In this document: positions 51,698 through 62,856 of the stretch, piece after piece | How the letters are laid out: every line of letters begins with the position of its first letter | Position numbering within the stretch: position 1 is the first letter of the stretch | Origin: Wickerhamiella versatilis | Lineage: Eukaryota | NCBI GenBank assembly: GCA_030867685.1 | Contig: JAQOWU010000008.1 | Location: forward strand, 4,092,001 to 4,156,000 | Length of the DNA: 64,000 nucleotides | Direction of reading: 5' to 3' | Program-made: the position numbers and the translations under genes | The notes under the pieces: model-generated | Told to the model about the DNA's origin: nothing | Database searches by the model: none | What the model saw: only the letters and a program-made list of their open reading frames with translations

Positions 51698-53284
51698 TCA
51701 ATGCGCCGCCAACTCACCCGCGACCGTCTGCGCCGAATATCCGTGATCCAACAACGGGGATTCCTGCTTGGTCAATTGCAGAGATACCATCGCAGCCTGA
51801 ACATGTGGCTGTCGTTCGAGTTGCGAGAATAGTCTTGACTTTTCAGGAATTTCACGGGCTTGTACAAATTCGCGGACAAAATATGAAGCCCTATCTTCAA
51901 AGTCGCATGCATGACTTAATGCCAGCCAGTCGAAGTATTGCAAATGCGGACTGCAGTTCTTACGCGCTTCCCACCACTTAGTGATCTTCTCGAGTGGGAC
52001 AGACTGGTTCCGGCTACTACTCAGCAGGATACGGAGTGAGTCGAACCTTAGTGGGCTACCCCGGGATTCTAGTATATCCTGGAGGTTTAACACAAAGTTA
52101 CTCTCTGCCCACCTCTTGGCAACAGTACTCAATACAGTATTCATTGCGAGCATTGAATAGTTAGCTGCTTTCAATATCTCACCAAAAAGATCCTGAGCCT
52201 CAGGAGTTGGTAGAGGGTAATGCTGAGCAACTTTCCGGGTTGTCTCCGTGGTTAGAATTTGGCAATCCTTATCCAAAACACCCTGCTTCCTGAGCCTCTT
52301 CATTGCATCCCAATATATTTGTACGCATTTCACTGGGTCATGAAGAGCATCATAAGTGTGCCTAACATAGCCAGCAACAGCGCTCGGGTGTAGTGGTGTG
52401 GACGACTCAAACAGTTTCGTGGCGATGTCAATGTCAGGACATTCTGTCAGAATATGGTTGTGTAAACGTGTGATTGGCTGGTCCCATTTCTTCTCGTCAT
52501 AAAGCTTCCGCATATGACGATAGAGCAGGAGAGCCTTGGAGTACTCATTAAACCTCAAATATCCTTTAGCCAAAGCTTCATCCAGGAATATGTGGGGACC
52601 ATGACGCCCAACCGTATCCTCATAAATCTTCTCAATTTCGTGAACTGATATAGTGGACGGATCAGCAGCGCTCAGTACAGCACCAACAACCCTTGGGTCC
52701 TGCAATTTCTCAGGAACGTCCGGCAAATTTTTCTTGCTTTGGTTAAGTAGAAGCCACACCTGCGTAGCCTCTGCATGGCACTCCATGGTGTTTAGTGCAG
52801 TGAAAAGGTAAGTGAGCGCACCAGCACTAAGGTAACTCCGGTTGTGAACGACATCTTGCACAATTTCTTGGAGGTAAATGAGCAACTCGTCATTCTGGTG
52901 AGAGATGATTTGGGCCCGTACCCTTGAAATTACTGGCCTAAGCGTTATCATTCTTTGGCGAATCGTTTCGAGGATACAATGAACTGCTTCCGAGGCTGGC
53001 ACCCGAAGACCCTTTTCAGCGGCCTCATCACGATGTTTGCGATAAATTGAGATCATTTCTCGAACATCAACAAGCTCCTGACATCCCACAACGTTGGTCT
53101 GGCGCGGTCCTCTCACCAACCGACGAATTTCATTGTTCAATCCTTGGGCTACTGATGATGACCGACTAAGAGGATGGGGATGTCGTGGCTTGGGAACAGC
53201 CTCTGTCGCAGCCGAATAACTTACAAGCCTAGCTCGAGTAACAGGCGAGAATCCAGGCACCCTTCCGGTGCGAAACCTGTGCAT
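51698..53284 (-). CDS. RMD9: Mitochondrial PPR-type mRNA-binding protein Rmd9
   Basis: Presequence, then YLQEIVQDVV...LSAGALTYLFTA...W...LQDPRVVG, KALLLY, LHPSAV and SLRILLSS, which align with recalled Rmd9 blocks. Confidence 0.72.
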   Translation of the reverse strand: MHRFRTGRVPGFSPVTRARLVSYSAATEAVPKPRHPHPLSRSSSVAQGLNNEIRRLVRGPRQTNVVGCQELVDVREMISIYRKHRDEAAEKGLRVPASEAVHCILETIRQRMITLRPVISRVRAQIISHQNDELLIYLQEIVQDVVHNRSYLSAGALTYLFTALNTMECHAEATQVWLLLNQSKKNLPDVPEKLQDPRVVGAVLSAADPSTISVHEIEKIYEDTVGRHGPHIFLDEALAKGYLRFNEYSKALLLYRHMRKLYDEKKWDQPITRLHNHILTECPDIDIATKLFESSTPLHPSAVAGYVRHTYDALHDPVKCVQIYWDAMKRLRKQGVLDKDCQILTTETTRKVAQHYPLPTPEAQDLFGEILKAANYSMLAMNTVLSTVAKRWAESNFVLNLQDILESRGSPLRFDSLRILLSSSRNQSVPLEKITKWWEARKNCSPHLQYFDWLALSHACDFEDRASYFVREFVQAREIPEKSRLFSQLERQPHVQAAMVSLQLTKQESPLLDHGYSAQTVAGELAAH

Positions 53285-53678
53285 AGCTCTCAAAGAGTTT
53301 GTGTGAAAAAGACCGGTATTAGTAAAGCTCTCGCGTTGGGTTAGGATGACTGTCTAAATCCGCCATCAATACGATTGGCGAAACGCTGAGTTGTTGAGTA
53401 TCTCAATGGGATTTACCCTTATTCGTTTAGACAATATGTGCTTTTGATATGTAATTCATTCATTCGACTGTTATTCCTCTGGAAACATATAAACATTCCC
53501 CTCCGATTAATTTTTTTTTCCTTGGGTGAATTATCGAAAAAAAACAGTAGCACAAATCATCAGGAATTATCTATTTATGCGTTAAAAACTCCCCACGTAC
53601 GATACCAATGTGACCATCTCTAATTGACTGATAGGCTGGTGGGTATACCGAAATCTCGTATGATCACTAAGGTGGGGG

Positions 53679-55130
53679 ATGTCGAACCAGGTCACGGTAT
53701 ATGTTATAGATAGCAGCCCGGCAATGGCTAAACCAATGAACGGGCAAAGTGAGTCACCTTGTAAACAAGCTTCTGAGTATGTCATTGATAAACTTGAGAA
53801 CAGGGCTGTTTTTGCACGGAAAACTGACATTGTAGCCGTCTACGCAGGATCGCAACAGGTTCACCCATTTGGAATGCCAACAAAAAGCTCTATTATCGAA
53901 TGCCGTGAACTAATATATTCTGAGAAAAGTAAAGGTGCAGAGAATAGCATACTAGAATGTGCACACTATGCCATGGCGCAGCTTTTGAATTGGGTCCAGA
54001 GAAGGAAACCAGTGAAACGCGTTATAGTTTTGACAAACCAGGTTCAATACGACGAGGAGACCTCCATAAAGTTGTCCAAACGAGCGGTTGCTGATGGTAT
54101 TGACCTCGCATTCGCAATTGTTAATCCTAGAGGAGTCGAAGGGCTTGATGCTGTGAATTGGGATGATTTTGCTAATGCCGCGGCAGAAATTGGCCGCGCT
54201 GTGAAACTTGTCCAAGGAACATCGTCCTATAAGGGTGATCTTACTTTAGGTGGACCGGAATTTCCTCAATTGAGAATTGGTATACAATGTGTGAGTGCTA
54301 CGAGAACGACAAATCCACCTGTGGCGCACATGGTTCATGATGGCAAACCGGTGAAACGTGTATCTGAACGCAAAGTGGGAGACGAATTAGTTCCGGATGA
54401 CGAAATACAGGAAGCCTACGCTTATGGCTCTGGTTACGTTTTGGTGGATGACTATATTAAGAATCGTGCCCGAAAGAATGCTGAGCCCTGTTTTGAAATA
54501 TTGGGTTTTGTAGAAAGTCTTCCTCCTTGGTTCTCTCTAGGATCCATGGATTTTGTGGTGGCAACATCCACTCAGTCTAGTCTTATGCTCAGCGCTCTAG
54601 TGCAGGCATTAAGGCAGAGCGGTGGTCTAGCAATAGCTCGCATGGTTAATAGAAGCGGTACGCCCGAGCTTTGTGTACTGGAACCTCTACAATACTCACC
54701 AAGTACCGGCTCAATTATAGATTGCTTGTTGAAAACGACCATACCTTATGCTGATGATTGTCGCTCTGTTGATTTCTTGAAATTACACAATTCCCCAGAA
54801 GCACAGGGTGTCATGGATGAGGTGGTAGATCTGATGGAAATGGCCGATGGGCCTGGGTCCAATGGTGAGACCATTGAGAACTCTCTGAATTCACGAATTA
54901 TTACCTTTATAAAGAAGAAGGCTATTGATGATGTTGACGATATACCACCGCCCCCAGACCCTCCTAAGGTTCAGCTAAAAGGAGATCCTACGAGCCTTTT
55001 TGATACTTTGGTAAAGCTTTTACCCATAGAGAGTGAGGAAAGACCCATTGTTAAAAACGTCGAGCAACCGATATTAGCAACTGGGGGTGAACTTGACATT
55101 GATGCTATTTTGGGAGACAAATCTTCTTGA
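53679..55130 (+). CDS. YKU80: Ku80 (short)
   Basis: VYVIDSSPAM, RKTD, YKGDLTLG, AYAYGSGYV, EILGFV, LSALVQAL, AIARMV, IPYADDCR, LDIDAILG. Confidence 0.85.
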   Translation: MSNQVTVYVIDSSPAMAKPMNGQSESPCKQASEYVIDKLENRAVFARKTDIVAVYAGSQQVHPFGMPTKSSIIECRELIYSEKSKGAENSILECAHYAMAQLLNWVQRRKPVKRVIVLTNQVQYDEETSIKLSKRAVADGIDLAFAIVNPRGVEGLDAVNWDDFANAAAEIGRAVKLVQGTSSYKGDLTLGGPEFPQLRIGIQCVSATRTTNPPVAHMVHDGKPVKRVSERKVGDELVPDDEIQEAYAYGSGYVLVDDYIKNRARKNAEPCFEILGFVESLPPWFSLGSMDFVVATSTQSSLMLSALVQALRQSGGLAIARMVNRSGTPELCVLEPLQYSPSTGSIIDCLLKTTIPYADDCRSVDFLKLHNSPEAQGVMDEVVDLMEMADGPGSNGETIENSLNSRIITFIKKKAIDDVDDIPPPPDPPKVQLKGDPTSLFDTLVKLLPIESEERPIVKNVEQPILATGGELDIDAILGDKSS

Positions 55131-55393
55131 GACGAATAAATTTGGTGTTTTTTATATATTCTGAATACACAAAATTTCCTCATATATAGCATTGAATACT
55201 TTTAGTTTGTGTCACCTAATTAGCATCTGCATGTAGTATGGTCATACTCTTATGTTTGTAATTTTTTTATGTGAAATAGCGTTGAATTTTCTTAGAAGTT
55301 CAATGCATCTCAAATATAAAAACGAATCACACATTAATATAACGACTATTGAGGCATCAATCAGGTAGTAAAGTATTACTCATATAGTAATAT

Positions 55394-55750
55394 ATGAGAA
55401 GAGCGCGCGCTGCTGTCGATGCCTCAATTCTCGAGTGCAGCAGCAGAAAATCATCTGATGAGAGCGACTCAGAGTCTGAAAGTAATTCTTTTAATTGCGC
55501 CCCTTTTAGTTCAATTGACTTGGCGAGTCCAGTGAGTAGCGAAATTGCACATGGGAGGGAGGTGGATGCAGAGATATTGCGAACAACTCGGACACTAAAA
55601 GAAATCAGGAGAGAAACCCTGCAACTCAGCAGGAAATACGAGCTGGAGCGTAAAAATATTGAGGTTGAGATCAAGGCTTTGCATCGTCAGTTAGGACCAG
55701 GTGCTCTTTCCCTGGGCGTTGTTCGACAAACTGAAACGTGCCTACATTAG
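55394..55750 (+). CDS. Hypothetical protein, 118 aa, with predicted coiled coil
   Basis: ATG ORF of higher GC between AT-rich flanks. Acidic Ser-rich N-half and heptad-like LKEIRRETLQLSRKYELERKNIEVEIKALHRQL. Confidence 0.5.
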   Translation: MRRARAAVDASILECSSRKSSDESDSESESNSFNCAPFSSIDLASPVSSEIAHGREVDAEILRTTRTLKEIRRETLQLSRKYELERKNIEVEIKALHRQLGPGALSLGVVRQTETCLH

Positions 55751-55961
55751 TGAATCAATAAGAAATGGAAATACAAAGGCAAAGGGGCCAATATTATTGG
55801 AGTGGGATAAATAACTGGGCTTAATAGCATGAACATGAATATATATTAGTGCAGTGGACATGGGTCTGGCAGAAAGGTAGTGCTTTATTTATATATCTAT
55901 ATATCAGTTACTGAAGACATGAGAAATATGAATTATCAGATAATATACGAATACTAGTGTC

Positions 55962-57620
55962 TTACGTCTTTACTGTCGGCTCCTCCCTGCCAATGTACTC
56001 CTTCAGCTTAAGCAGGTCCACAACCGTCTTGATAGTTTCCTTAAGATATTCTCCAGCATCGAGATCAAACTTGGAGCTATCACCCTCGTAACGTTCAATG
56101 TAGACACGAATTGTGGCACCTGAAGAGCCAGTACCCGACAAACGGGCTACCAAACGAGTTCCGCCCTCAAAGGTAACATAGAGACCTTGGTGTTTAGAGA
56201 CAGAACCATCCAAATCAGTATAGCTGAAGTCACCCGTGCTTTCGACGGTAAGCGGTCCTACCTTTTTGCCGATGAAGCTTGGATCATCGACCAAAGATGA
56301 GAGGTGCGAAATGACCTTGTCCGCATCAGCCTTTTCACAACCTTCATAGTCATAACGGGTGAAAAATGTTCGACCGTAGGTATTCCAGAAATCGCGTTGT
56401 ATGTCACCAATCGAAGCAGGCTTCTTACGTTCTTCCGATACAGATGCCACTATGTTCAGCCATGCGCAAATCGCCCAAACACCATCCTTTTCACGAATGT
56501 GGTTCGAGCCAGTACCAAAAGACTCCTCACCACAGATGGACAACTTGCCTGCGTCAAAGAGATTGCAGAAAAACTTCCAACCAGTGGGCACTTCGTAACA
56601 GTTAAGCCCAAGTTTCTTGGCCACTCTATCCACAGCCCCTGATGTTGGCATAGAACGAGCCAAGCCCGCAACACCATTCTTGGCAAAGTATGGGATCCTC
56701 TTCGCGTGGTGCGCAATGATGGCGAGGGAGTCTCCAGGACTCACGAATGCACCAGCTCCGTAAATCATGTTGCGGTCACCATCACCATCACTAGCAGCAC
56801 CAAATGGGATATGATTAGCCTCTACTTTCTTCACGAGCCCCTCGGCATAAGTGAGATTGGGGTCAGGATGCATTCCACCGAAATCGGGAAGCGGCACACA
56901 GTGCTGAATACTTGACTCAGGCAACCCCAACGTGTCTACGAAGATTGCACGTCCATAGGGACCAGTTACTCCATTCATGGCATCAAAAAGCACGCTTGAT
57001 TCCGGGTGCTTGTGCAAATAGCTTCGGATAAGATCGAAATCGAAAATATCTTTCAGCATGTCCAAATAGTCTGCGACTGTATCAACAATCTCGACCTCTA
57101 GCGGGCCATAGGACTTCGTGCCCTTGGTGGCTAGGTCCAGCTCTGGCAAATCGAGTTGGTAGTATTCAGTCAATGACTGTGATATTTCGTATATTTTGTT
57201 GGTCAATGTCTCGGGCGCCGGTGCACCATTCGAAATATTGTACTTAAGACCGAAATCATTGTTGGGTCCACCAGGATTGTGGCTAGCAGTGAGAATGAAG
57301 CCGCCAGTTACCCCTTCCTTGGTACGCATCAAGTGTGAAGCCGCGGGCGTCGAAAGCAAACCATTTTGCCCAATAATCAACTTTTTAACCCCATTTGCTG
57401 CGGAAAGTCGGGCAATTACATTTACAACCTCCGTTGCAAGGTAACGTCCATCTCCTCCAACGACCAACGTGGCGCCTTTAGCACCCTCCGGAATTGCCTG
57501 CAACGCGGACTGCACGAAGTTTTCCACATAATGTGGCTGCTGGAATACCTTAACCTTCTTTCGCAAGCCAGAGGTTCCTGGTTTTTGATCGGTGAATGGC
57601 TTCGTCGCGACTGTGACCAT
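55962..57620 (-). CDS. PGM2: Phosphoglucomutase
   Basis: DQKPGTSGLRKK, TASHNPGG, DGDGDRNM, CGEESFGTG, RLSGTGSSGATIR. Confidence 0.97.
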   Translation of the reverse strand: MVTVATKPFTDQKPGTSGLRKKVKVFQQPHYVENFVQSALQAIPEGAKGATLVVGGDGRYLATEVVNVIARLSAANGVKKLIIGQNGLLSTPAASHLMRTKEGVTGGFILTASHNPGGPNNDFGLKYNISNGAPAPETLTNKIYEISQSLTEYYQLDLPELDLATKGTKSYGPLEVEIVDTVADYLDMLKDIFDFDLIRSYLHKHPESSVLFDAMNGVTGPYGRAIFVDTLGLPESSIQHCVPLPDFGGMHPDPNLTYAEGLVKKVEANHIPFGAASDGDGDRNMIYGAGAFVSPGDSLAIIAHHAKRIPYFAKNGVAGLARSMPTSGAVDRVAKKLGLNCYEVPTGWKFFCNLFDAGKLSICGEESFGTGSNHIREKDGVWAICAWLNIVASVSEERKKPASIGDIQRDFWNTYGRTFFTRYDYEGCEKADADKVISHLSSLVDDPSFIGKKVGPLTVESTGDFSYTDLDGSVSKHQGLYVTFEGGTRLVARLSGTGSSGATIRVYIERYEGDSSKFDLDAGEYLKETIKTVVDLLKLKEYIGREEPTVKT

Positions 57621-57943
57621 TGTGCTACGTAACTGAGACGGAATACTGATGACAAATGAGATCTCCGCTCATCGTAAAGGGCGCCGTACTCTTTTAAAAA
57701 AAGATTATACTAATATTAGGATGCTGTGAAGGCAGGATCCGAGTTAGGTGCAGAATAGTGAATTGGATCAAAAGATATACGCGATATATGTATGTATGCT
57801 CTATGTTAATTAATCCTGGCTCAATAGGACACAAGACTTATTAGCAGTAATCTCGGGTGCTCGATAAAAAAGAATGGAAGATCGTGCATGACCCAGGTTC
57901 TGCCTTTTTTTTTGGGACGAGGAGGAGGGCGAAGATCCATCAG

Positions 57944-58243
57944 CTATGACTTGGGTGAGCTGGTACGCAACTGCAGCCCATGCCACTTGGGAATTTCACT
58001 AGCGAGAATCTCATTGACTATACGATGCTGCTTCACCATAGGTTTACCTTTGAACTCTGGTGATACAACCTTAATAGCGAACATAGATCCACATCCGCCA
58101 CTCACATCTTGGACAAATAGATCAGTGGGGCTAAGTTTAGATGCTAATCGCTCCCAAATTTGACGCTCGTACTCACCATTCGGTGGAACTAGAGCATACG
58201 ATCGACGTGCAACGCCAACAAAACGACCAACGTTTCTCAGCAT
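57944..58243 (-). CDS. BOL3: Mitochondrial BolA protein
   Basis: Presequence, [30 protein letters not shown]. Confidence 0.92.
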   Translation of the reverse strand: MLRNVGRFVGVARRSYALVPPNGEYERQIWERLASKLSPTDLFVQDVSGGCGSMFAIKVVSPEFKGKPMVKQHRIVNEILASEIPKWHGLQLRTSSPKS

Positions 58244-58514
58244 ATGCTGCTGTCTAAGCTAGAATTGGTCAAAAGGACTACTCTTATTATTGTTTCGTCT
58301 GCTATTGGCTCACGGCTCATAGCAAAAGACAGTCACATGAGCGACTTATATCTTTCTTTTTTTTTGCGACCCTTAGCTAAATTAACTAACTAGTTTAGGA
58401 CCACAAGGGCTTAGATAAAACCCTTACAGATATATAATTTGGTATAGTCCAGGGAGATGAGTATAACTCCTTACACATGGATTAAGCGCAACATAACTAG
58501 GGAATAGATATCGT

Positions 58515-59081
58515 TTACTCGCCGCGAAGCAGAGCCTCACGCTTTTCCTCAAGACGCTGCTGGCGACGACCCCGAGCAGCCTTGTTACGGGCACGGCGGG
58601 CATCTGCCTCGTCCTTAAGGCTTCTCTCACGGACAACCTGGGCCTTGGCCTGGATAATGTGCTCAATGATCGCACGCTTGTGCTTGAATGTGTTACCCTT
58701 AGCAAGCTGGTACAGGTTGTGGTAGAGATGCTTGTCAATCTTGCCCTGCTCACGGTACTTAGAAAGAACCCGACGGAGAACTCTCTGTCGGCGCATCCAC
58801 AGGACGGCCTCAGGCATACGGGCATTGGCAGTACCCTTACGCTTACCGTAACCAGTGTGACGACCCGCACGGCGAGCCGCGTGGAACTCACGAGTCCGGC
58901 CACGAGAGTGTCCCTGAACAGGCTTTGCAATGATCAACCCATTTGAAACGAGCTTACGGATCTCCTGACGGCTGTTGGCCTCGCCAAGCTGCTTGGCCTC
59001 ATTAGGGTCCAACCAGATCTTGCGCTGACCTACGTTAAGGACGTCAGCCGCCAAACGCTTCTGCAAAGTAAGGTTCGGCAT
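58515..59081 (-). CDS. RPL19: 60S ribosomal protein eL19, intronless
   Basis: [51 protein letters not shown]. 188 aa from the ATG at 59081. Confidence 0.97.
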   Translation of the reverse strand: MPNLTLQKRLAADVLNVGQRKIWLDPNEAKQLGEANSRQEIRKLVSNGLIIAKPVQGHSRGRTREFHAARRAGRHTGYGKRKGTANARMPEAVLWMRRQRVLRRVLSKYREQGKIDKHLYHNLYQLAKGNTFKHKRAIIEHIIQAKAQVVRERSLKDEADARRARNKAARGRRQQRLEEKREALLRGE

Positions 59082-59491
59082 GTCGGTTGCTAGCTCTCCT
59101 GAGCGTCCCAACAGCTTACTCTTGGTGCTTGGTCATCTATTAAGCCCTGAAGCCCTGCTGACAAACAAGGAATGGGCTGTGCCGTGATCCGACCCTGGCC
59201 GGTAAGGAAGTGGTTTTGGGCAGAATTAACGCTAATAAATCTCGCAATGTCTCGGAAATGTTTCAATCAGCTGATATAGAATGCTTGGGATCTGCCTCAA
59301 TTGCATATAGGAGGGGTGATCTATAATAACTATCGTTTTCAAAGAAACTGAGAAGATATTCGCGTACAGGGGTGTTTCATTTTTGTCTACAGTTTATATC
59401 AATCGATTTTTAACAATATAGATATCAGGATCGCGCTTACATTGACTAGTTCTTAGCGCTTAATTGTCTTCGCAAAAAGTATTACCTCATC

Positions 59492-59788
59492 ATGGCAAAA
59501 TCTGTACGGTCACGTACTACCAAAACCAACCGCGACCGTAAGCGGGCCACTGGATTCTTCAAGAACCTTGCGGAAGAGCGGGAGTTGAAGATAGCCGAGA
59601 GACTGCACGGTTCTCTCGAGAAGGCTCTGGGAACTGCGCAGCCCGATGCGGAATCGTCGCAAAAAATGCAGACTGATGAGGACGGCTCCAGTACCAGTAA
59701 AGTTACGAAGGGATTGTCCACAGGAAATTCAAAGAAGAAGCGTGCGGCACTGAAGGCCAAGGCAAAACGGAAGAAGGGTGGAAAGTGA
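59492..59788 (+). CDS. Small basic pre-60S factor, YBL028C/DUF2423-like
   Basis: MAKSVRS...KR..FF....ERE.KIAERL...MQTDE...KGLSTG and a Lys-rich tail. Divergent from RPL19, like YBL028C/RPL19B. Confidence 0.8.
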   Translation: MAKSVRSRTTKTNRDRKRATGFFKNLAEERELKIAERLHGSLEKALGTAQPDAESSQKMQTDEDGSSTSKVTKGLSTGNSKKKRAALKAKAKRKKGGK

Positions 59789-60120
59789 GCCAATGTGCCA
59801 TGAACCGTCTGAATCCTGTTATTTATTTTTGAGGTCAAATGAGAGGAGGATGAACTGTGGCGGTATAACTGAACTGATAATATAGCTGTTACATGCAGTA
59901 TATCCTTTCTAGTAGTAGAAATTGAATAGTATTTTGGTTGTCCAATACCACCTCATGTGTCTTAGATTTAATGAGAAGTGAATTATAGCCCAAAGATAAA
60001 GTCTCTGATTACACGTATAAGCTTGACACTGCTGGATGCATTTGAATTTTGGCACGGGTAAGTCAAATAAGTGTCAAGTTCCACCGTCCGTGTCTGACTC
60101 AGAAGTGGGGGCCCCGTTTT

Positions 60121-61182
60121 ATGCCACGCCGAGCGAGGTCAGCGACCGGTGGATCGACGTGGTCAACGGGAACTGTGGCTCACCAGGATACAACTGATCC
60201 TATGGAGCCTTTAGACGTTGAATCCCTCATCGAGGAGGAGCCTGAGCCGCGCCCTCAAAGAAGGAGCCATGCATTGATCTACGTCCTGTTGTGGTATGCA
60301 TTTTCTATCTCTTTATCAGTATATAACAAATGGATGTTCGGGGGAAAAGGTCTCGATTTCCCATTCCCGGTACTCACCACTGCATTGCATCAGGCAGTAC
60401 AATCCTGTCTAGCTGCCCTGGCCCTGTGGATGTCTCGCCACTTCAGTGCAGGGCCAAAGGAGATTCGGCTCGATTGGAGAGAGGTCATTCCAACAGTTCT
60501 GGCAAGCTCTGGTGATATTGGACTTGCGAATACCAGCATGAAAATCGTGACATTGAGCTTTTACACTATGGTTAAATCGTCAGCTCTTGGGTTTGTCTTA
60601 TTCTTTGGTGTGGTATTCGGTGTTGAACAGGCCAGCTGGAGGCTGGCCGGAATTATCGCTGTTCTCAGTCTAGGCGTTACAATGATGGTTACTGGTACTG
60701 GCGCAGGCGAATTTCACCTGATAGGGCTTCTCATGGTTTTAGGTGCATCCGCATCATCTGGCCTTCGGTGGGCGCTTGTGAAACTAATGCTGGGGGGGAC
60801 CCGTAAAAAGGGGCACCCAATCCAAACCATTCTTGCTATATCACCGGGAATGTTTCTTTTGCTTTTCCTGTGGGGACTTTTATTAGAGGGACCTTCCAAG
60901 TTCACCAGTGCGGACCTTTGGAAAAGCGAGAGCGTTCTTTCCGGTAGCATTTTACTGCTGTTTCCCGGAGTATTAGCCTTTTGCATGACTTGGAGCGAGT
61001 TTGAGCTGCTTAATATAACAGGACCATTGACACTGGCAATAGCAGGAATATGTAAGGAGGTTGCGACCATCATAATTTCAGTGATTGCCTTCCATGATAC
61101 ACTCACGGTGGTAAATGTTATTGGGTTAGGTGTCACGATAGTGGCTATAGGCGCTTATCACCATCTCAGACATTCTGAGTGA
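60121..61182 (+). CDS. YMD8: Nucleotide-sugar/triose-phosphate transporter family protein (Ymd8/SLC35C2-like)
   Basis: WYAFSISLSVYNKWMF, FPFPVLTTALHQ, DIGLAN, FYTMVKSS, SGLRWAL, LTLAIAGICKEV. Confidence 0.8.
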   Translation: MPRRARSATGGSTWSTGTVAHQDTTDPMEPLDVESLIEEEPEPRPQRRSHALIYVLLWYAFSISLSVYNKWMFGGKGLDFPFPVLTTALHQAVQSCLAALALWMSRHFSAGPKEIRLDWREVIPTVLASSGDIGLANTSMKIVTLSFYTMVKSSALGFVLFFGVVFGVEQASWRLAGIIAVLSLGVTMMVTGTGAGEFHLIGLLMVLGASASSGLRWALVKLMLGGTRKKGHPIQTILAISPGMFLLLFLWGLLLEGPSKFTSADLWKSESVLSGSILLLFPGVLAFCMTWSEFELLNITGPLTLAIAGICKEVATIIISVIAFHDTLTVVNVIGLGVTIVAIGAYHHLRHSE

Positions 61183-61458
61183 AAAATACTAGCTAATATA
61201 GTTAAAATACGGAAGGAACTATATTTTGTCTTTATTATATATTTGAGCCACGATAAACATATGCGGTTTGCATAGTAACGAGTTTGGGACGGATATTCGT
61301 AATCATCGTACTATACATAGAAACAAGTTCATAGCAGGTGATTTTTTTCGCTGTAAAACGATTCCTTTCAGCGCCTTATTATTACTATATAGCTTTTCTA
61401 AAGCCTTACATCGACTGACTCAGATCCGGGTAGGCGGCGAGACCAAAATAGATATCAG

Positions 61459-61465
61459 CACGTGA
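61459..61465 (+). promoter_or_regulatory. CACGTGA E-box upstream of the STP-family gene
   Basis: GCACGTGATC in the intergenic region, about 170 bp upstream of the ATG at 61632. Confidence 0.35.
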
Positions 61466-61631
61466 TCGCGGATGGGGATTTATGCATCTTGTCGCTTCCT
61501 CGGGGAGCGGGATATGTATAATGGCTGTGTAGCGCGAGTCATTTTACTAAGTCCACTTTAAGATCACCGGAACTAGGGAATTTCCTTTGGATTCTTTGAA
61601 CCAAACGAATAAACGACTTAATCGGAGGCGG

Positions 61632-62702
61632 ATGAGCTTGAGTGAGGTAGAGGTTCAGCCCCCGCCTTTTACATTCGACTACAGAAAGTTATCAGTTGTA
61701 CCGGAAGTTGATAATAACATTCCATGTGGTGGCAGTGAATGTTATAATTCTGGCTTTCAAGAAGACATGTTTAACTATGGTGAAGGGGTATACCTACCAA
61801 ATTCGCTGGAATCTGTAACACCCGTCGGATCTCAGCCCGAAAGTGGTCAGATGTTCAATTCTCCTTTACAAAATTCCGGAAATATTTCGAGAGAGCTCGA
61901 TAAATATCTTATTGATCCTGGTTCCTCTAGGTATGATGATGGTTGGAATGGGGAAATTCCATCGCAGGCCTATGATCAACGTTGGGACCCAAAGTATGGA
62001 TCATACCAGGCTTATAGTCGACAAATGTACCGTGATATGCTACAACAATGGTCATTATTATCATCTGCTGATGGAAAGTATTTCTCTATGCCGTCACAGT
62101 CAGAGCCAGACGTGACAAAACAGGCAGCGGGCAGTGAGCCAAGTGAGTCAGGGAAAGTTAGCCGCGAATCGTACTGCGACCTGCAAATACCACCCAGGAT
62201 TTCGAGAGGAGAGAACTGTGCGGTTCCTAGGAGCCAGTGGGTCAAAGAAGACCCAGAGTATGAACAGGGACAAAAACCGGAAAAGGAACTGGATCAGGAG
62301 CAGGAAGAAGAAGCAGCGAAACCTACGGTATCAGTTGAGCGTTCAAGTAGAAAGGAAGTTCGTCGATTCAGATGCCCCCACTGCAAACAGGCCTTCCGAA
62401 TCAAAGGATATCTGACACGGCATGTCAAAAAACACGCGAAATATAAGCCCTATACATGCCCATACTGGTCAAAGAGCGATGATACCCCTTGCCATTCAAC
62501 AGGAGGATTCTCACGCAAAGATACGTACAAAATGCACTTAAAAGCCCGCCATTTTGTATATCCTCGTGGTGTGTTCTCTCGTGACAGACCCCGCTCCCGT
62601 GGCCGATGTGGAGGCTGTGGTCGCGAATTCGCCAATAATGAAGTATGGGTAGAGGGGCACATATTGCCTGGTGAATGCACTGGGCTTGCAGATTTCACCT
62701 GA
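61632..62702 (+). CDS. Stp-family C2H2 zinc-finger transcription factor (Stp1-4-like)
   Basis: CPHCKQAFRIKGYLTRHVKKH, CPYW...CHSTGGFSRKDTYKMHLKARH, CGGC...WVEGHI...C. First ATG at 61632. Confidence 0.85.
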   Translation: MSLSEVEVQPPPFTFDYRKLSVVPEVDNNIPCGGSECYNSGFQEDMFNYGEGVYLPNSLESVTPVGSQPESGQMFNSPLQNSGNISRELDKYLIDPGSSRYDDGWNGEIPSQAYDQRWDPKYGSYQAYSRQMYRDMLQQWSLLSSADGKYFSMPSQSEPDVTKQAAGSEPSESGKVSRESYCDLQIPPRISRGENCAVPRSQWVKEDPEYEQGQKPEKELDQEQEEEAAKPTVSVERSSRKEVRRFRCPHCKQAFRIKGYLTRHVKKHAKYKPYTCPYWSKSDDTPCHSTGGFSRKDTYKMHLKARHFVYPRGVFSRDRPRSRGRCGGCGREFANNEVWVEGHILPGECTGLADFT

Positions 62703-62737
62703 TCACACTGTATCCAACTAACGATGTCAATTTACGC

Positions 62738-62856
62738 AACTAATGATAAAAACCCAACACTTGTATGACTCCTGTCTAATAGTGATAACAATGTATGTAA
62801 CTAATGATAACAAAGTAACACCCGTATGACTACTCTCTACTGACCAGATTATGTAT
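62738..62856 (+). repeat. Degenerate 61-bp direct repeat x2 between the STP gene and the MRP RNA
   Basis: AACTAATGATAA at 62738 and 62799, each followed by AACAC-nn-GTATGACT-..TCTA...ATGTAT. Confidence 0.75.

Noticed and set aside
59082-59140. Possible RPL19 5' intron (GTAAGC on the minus strand, upstream ATG)
   Set aside because: No branchpoint plus 3' AG before the CDS, and the ATG at 59081 already gives a full-length protein.
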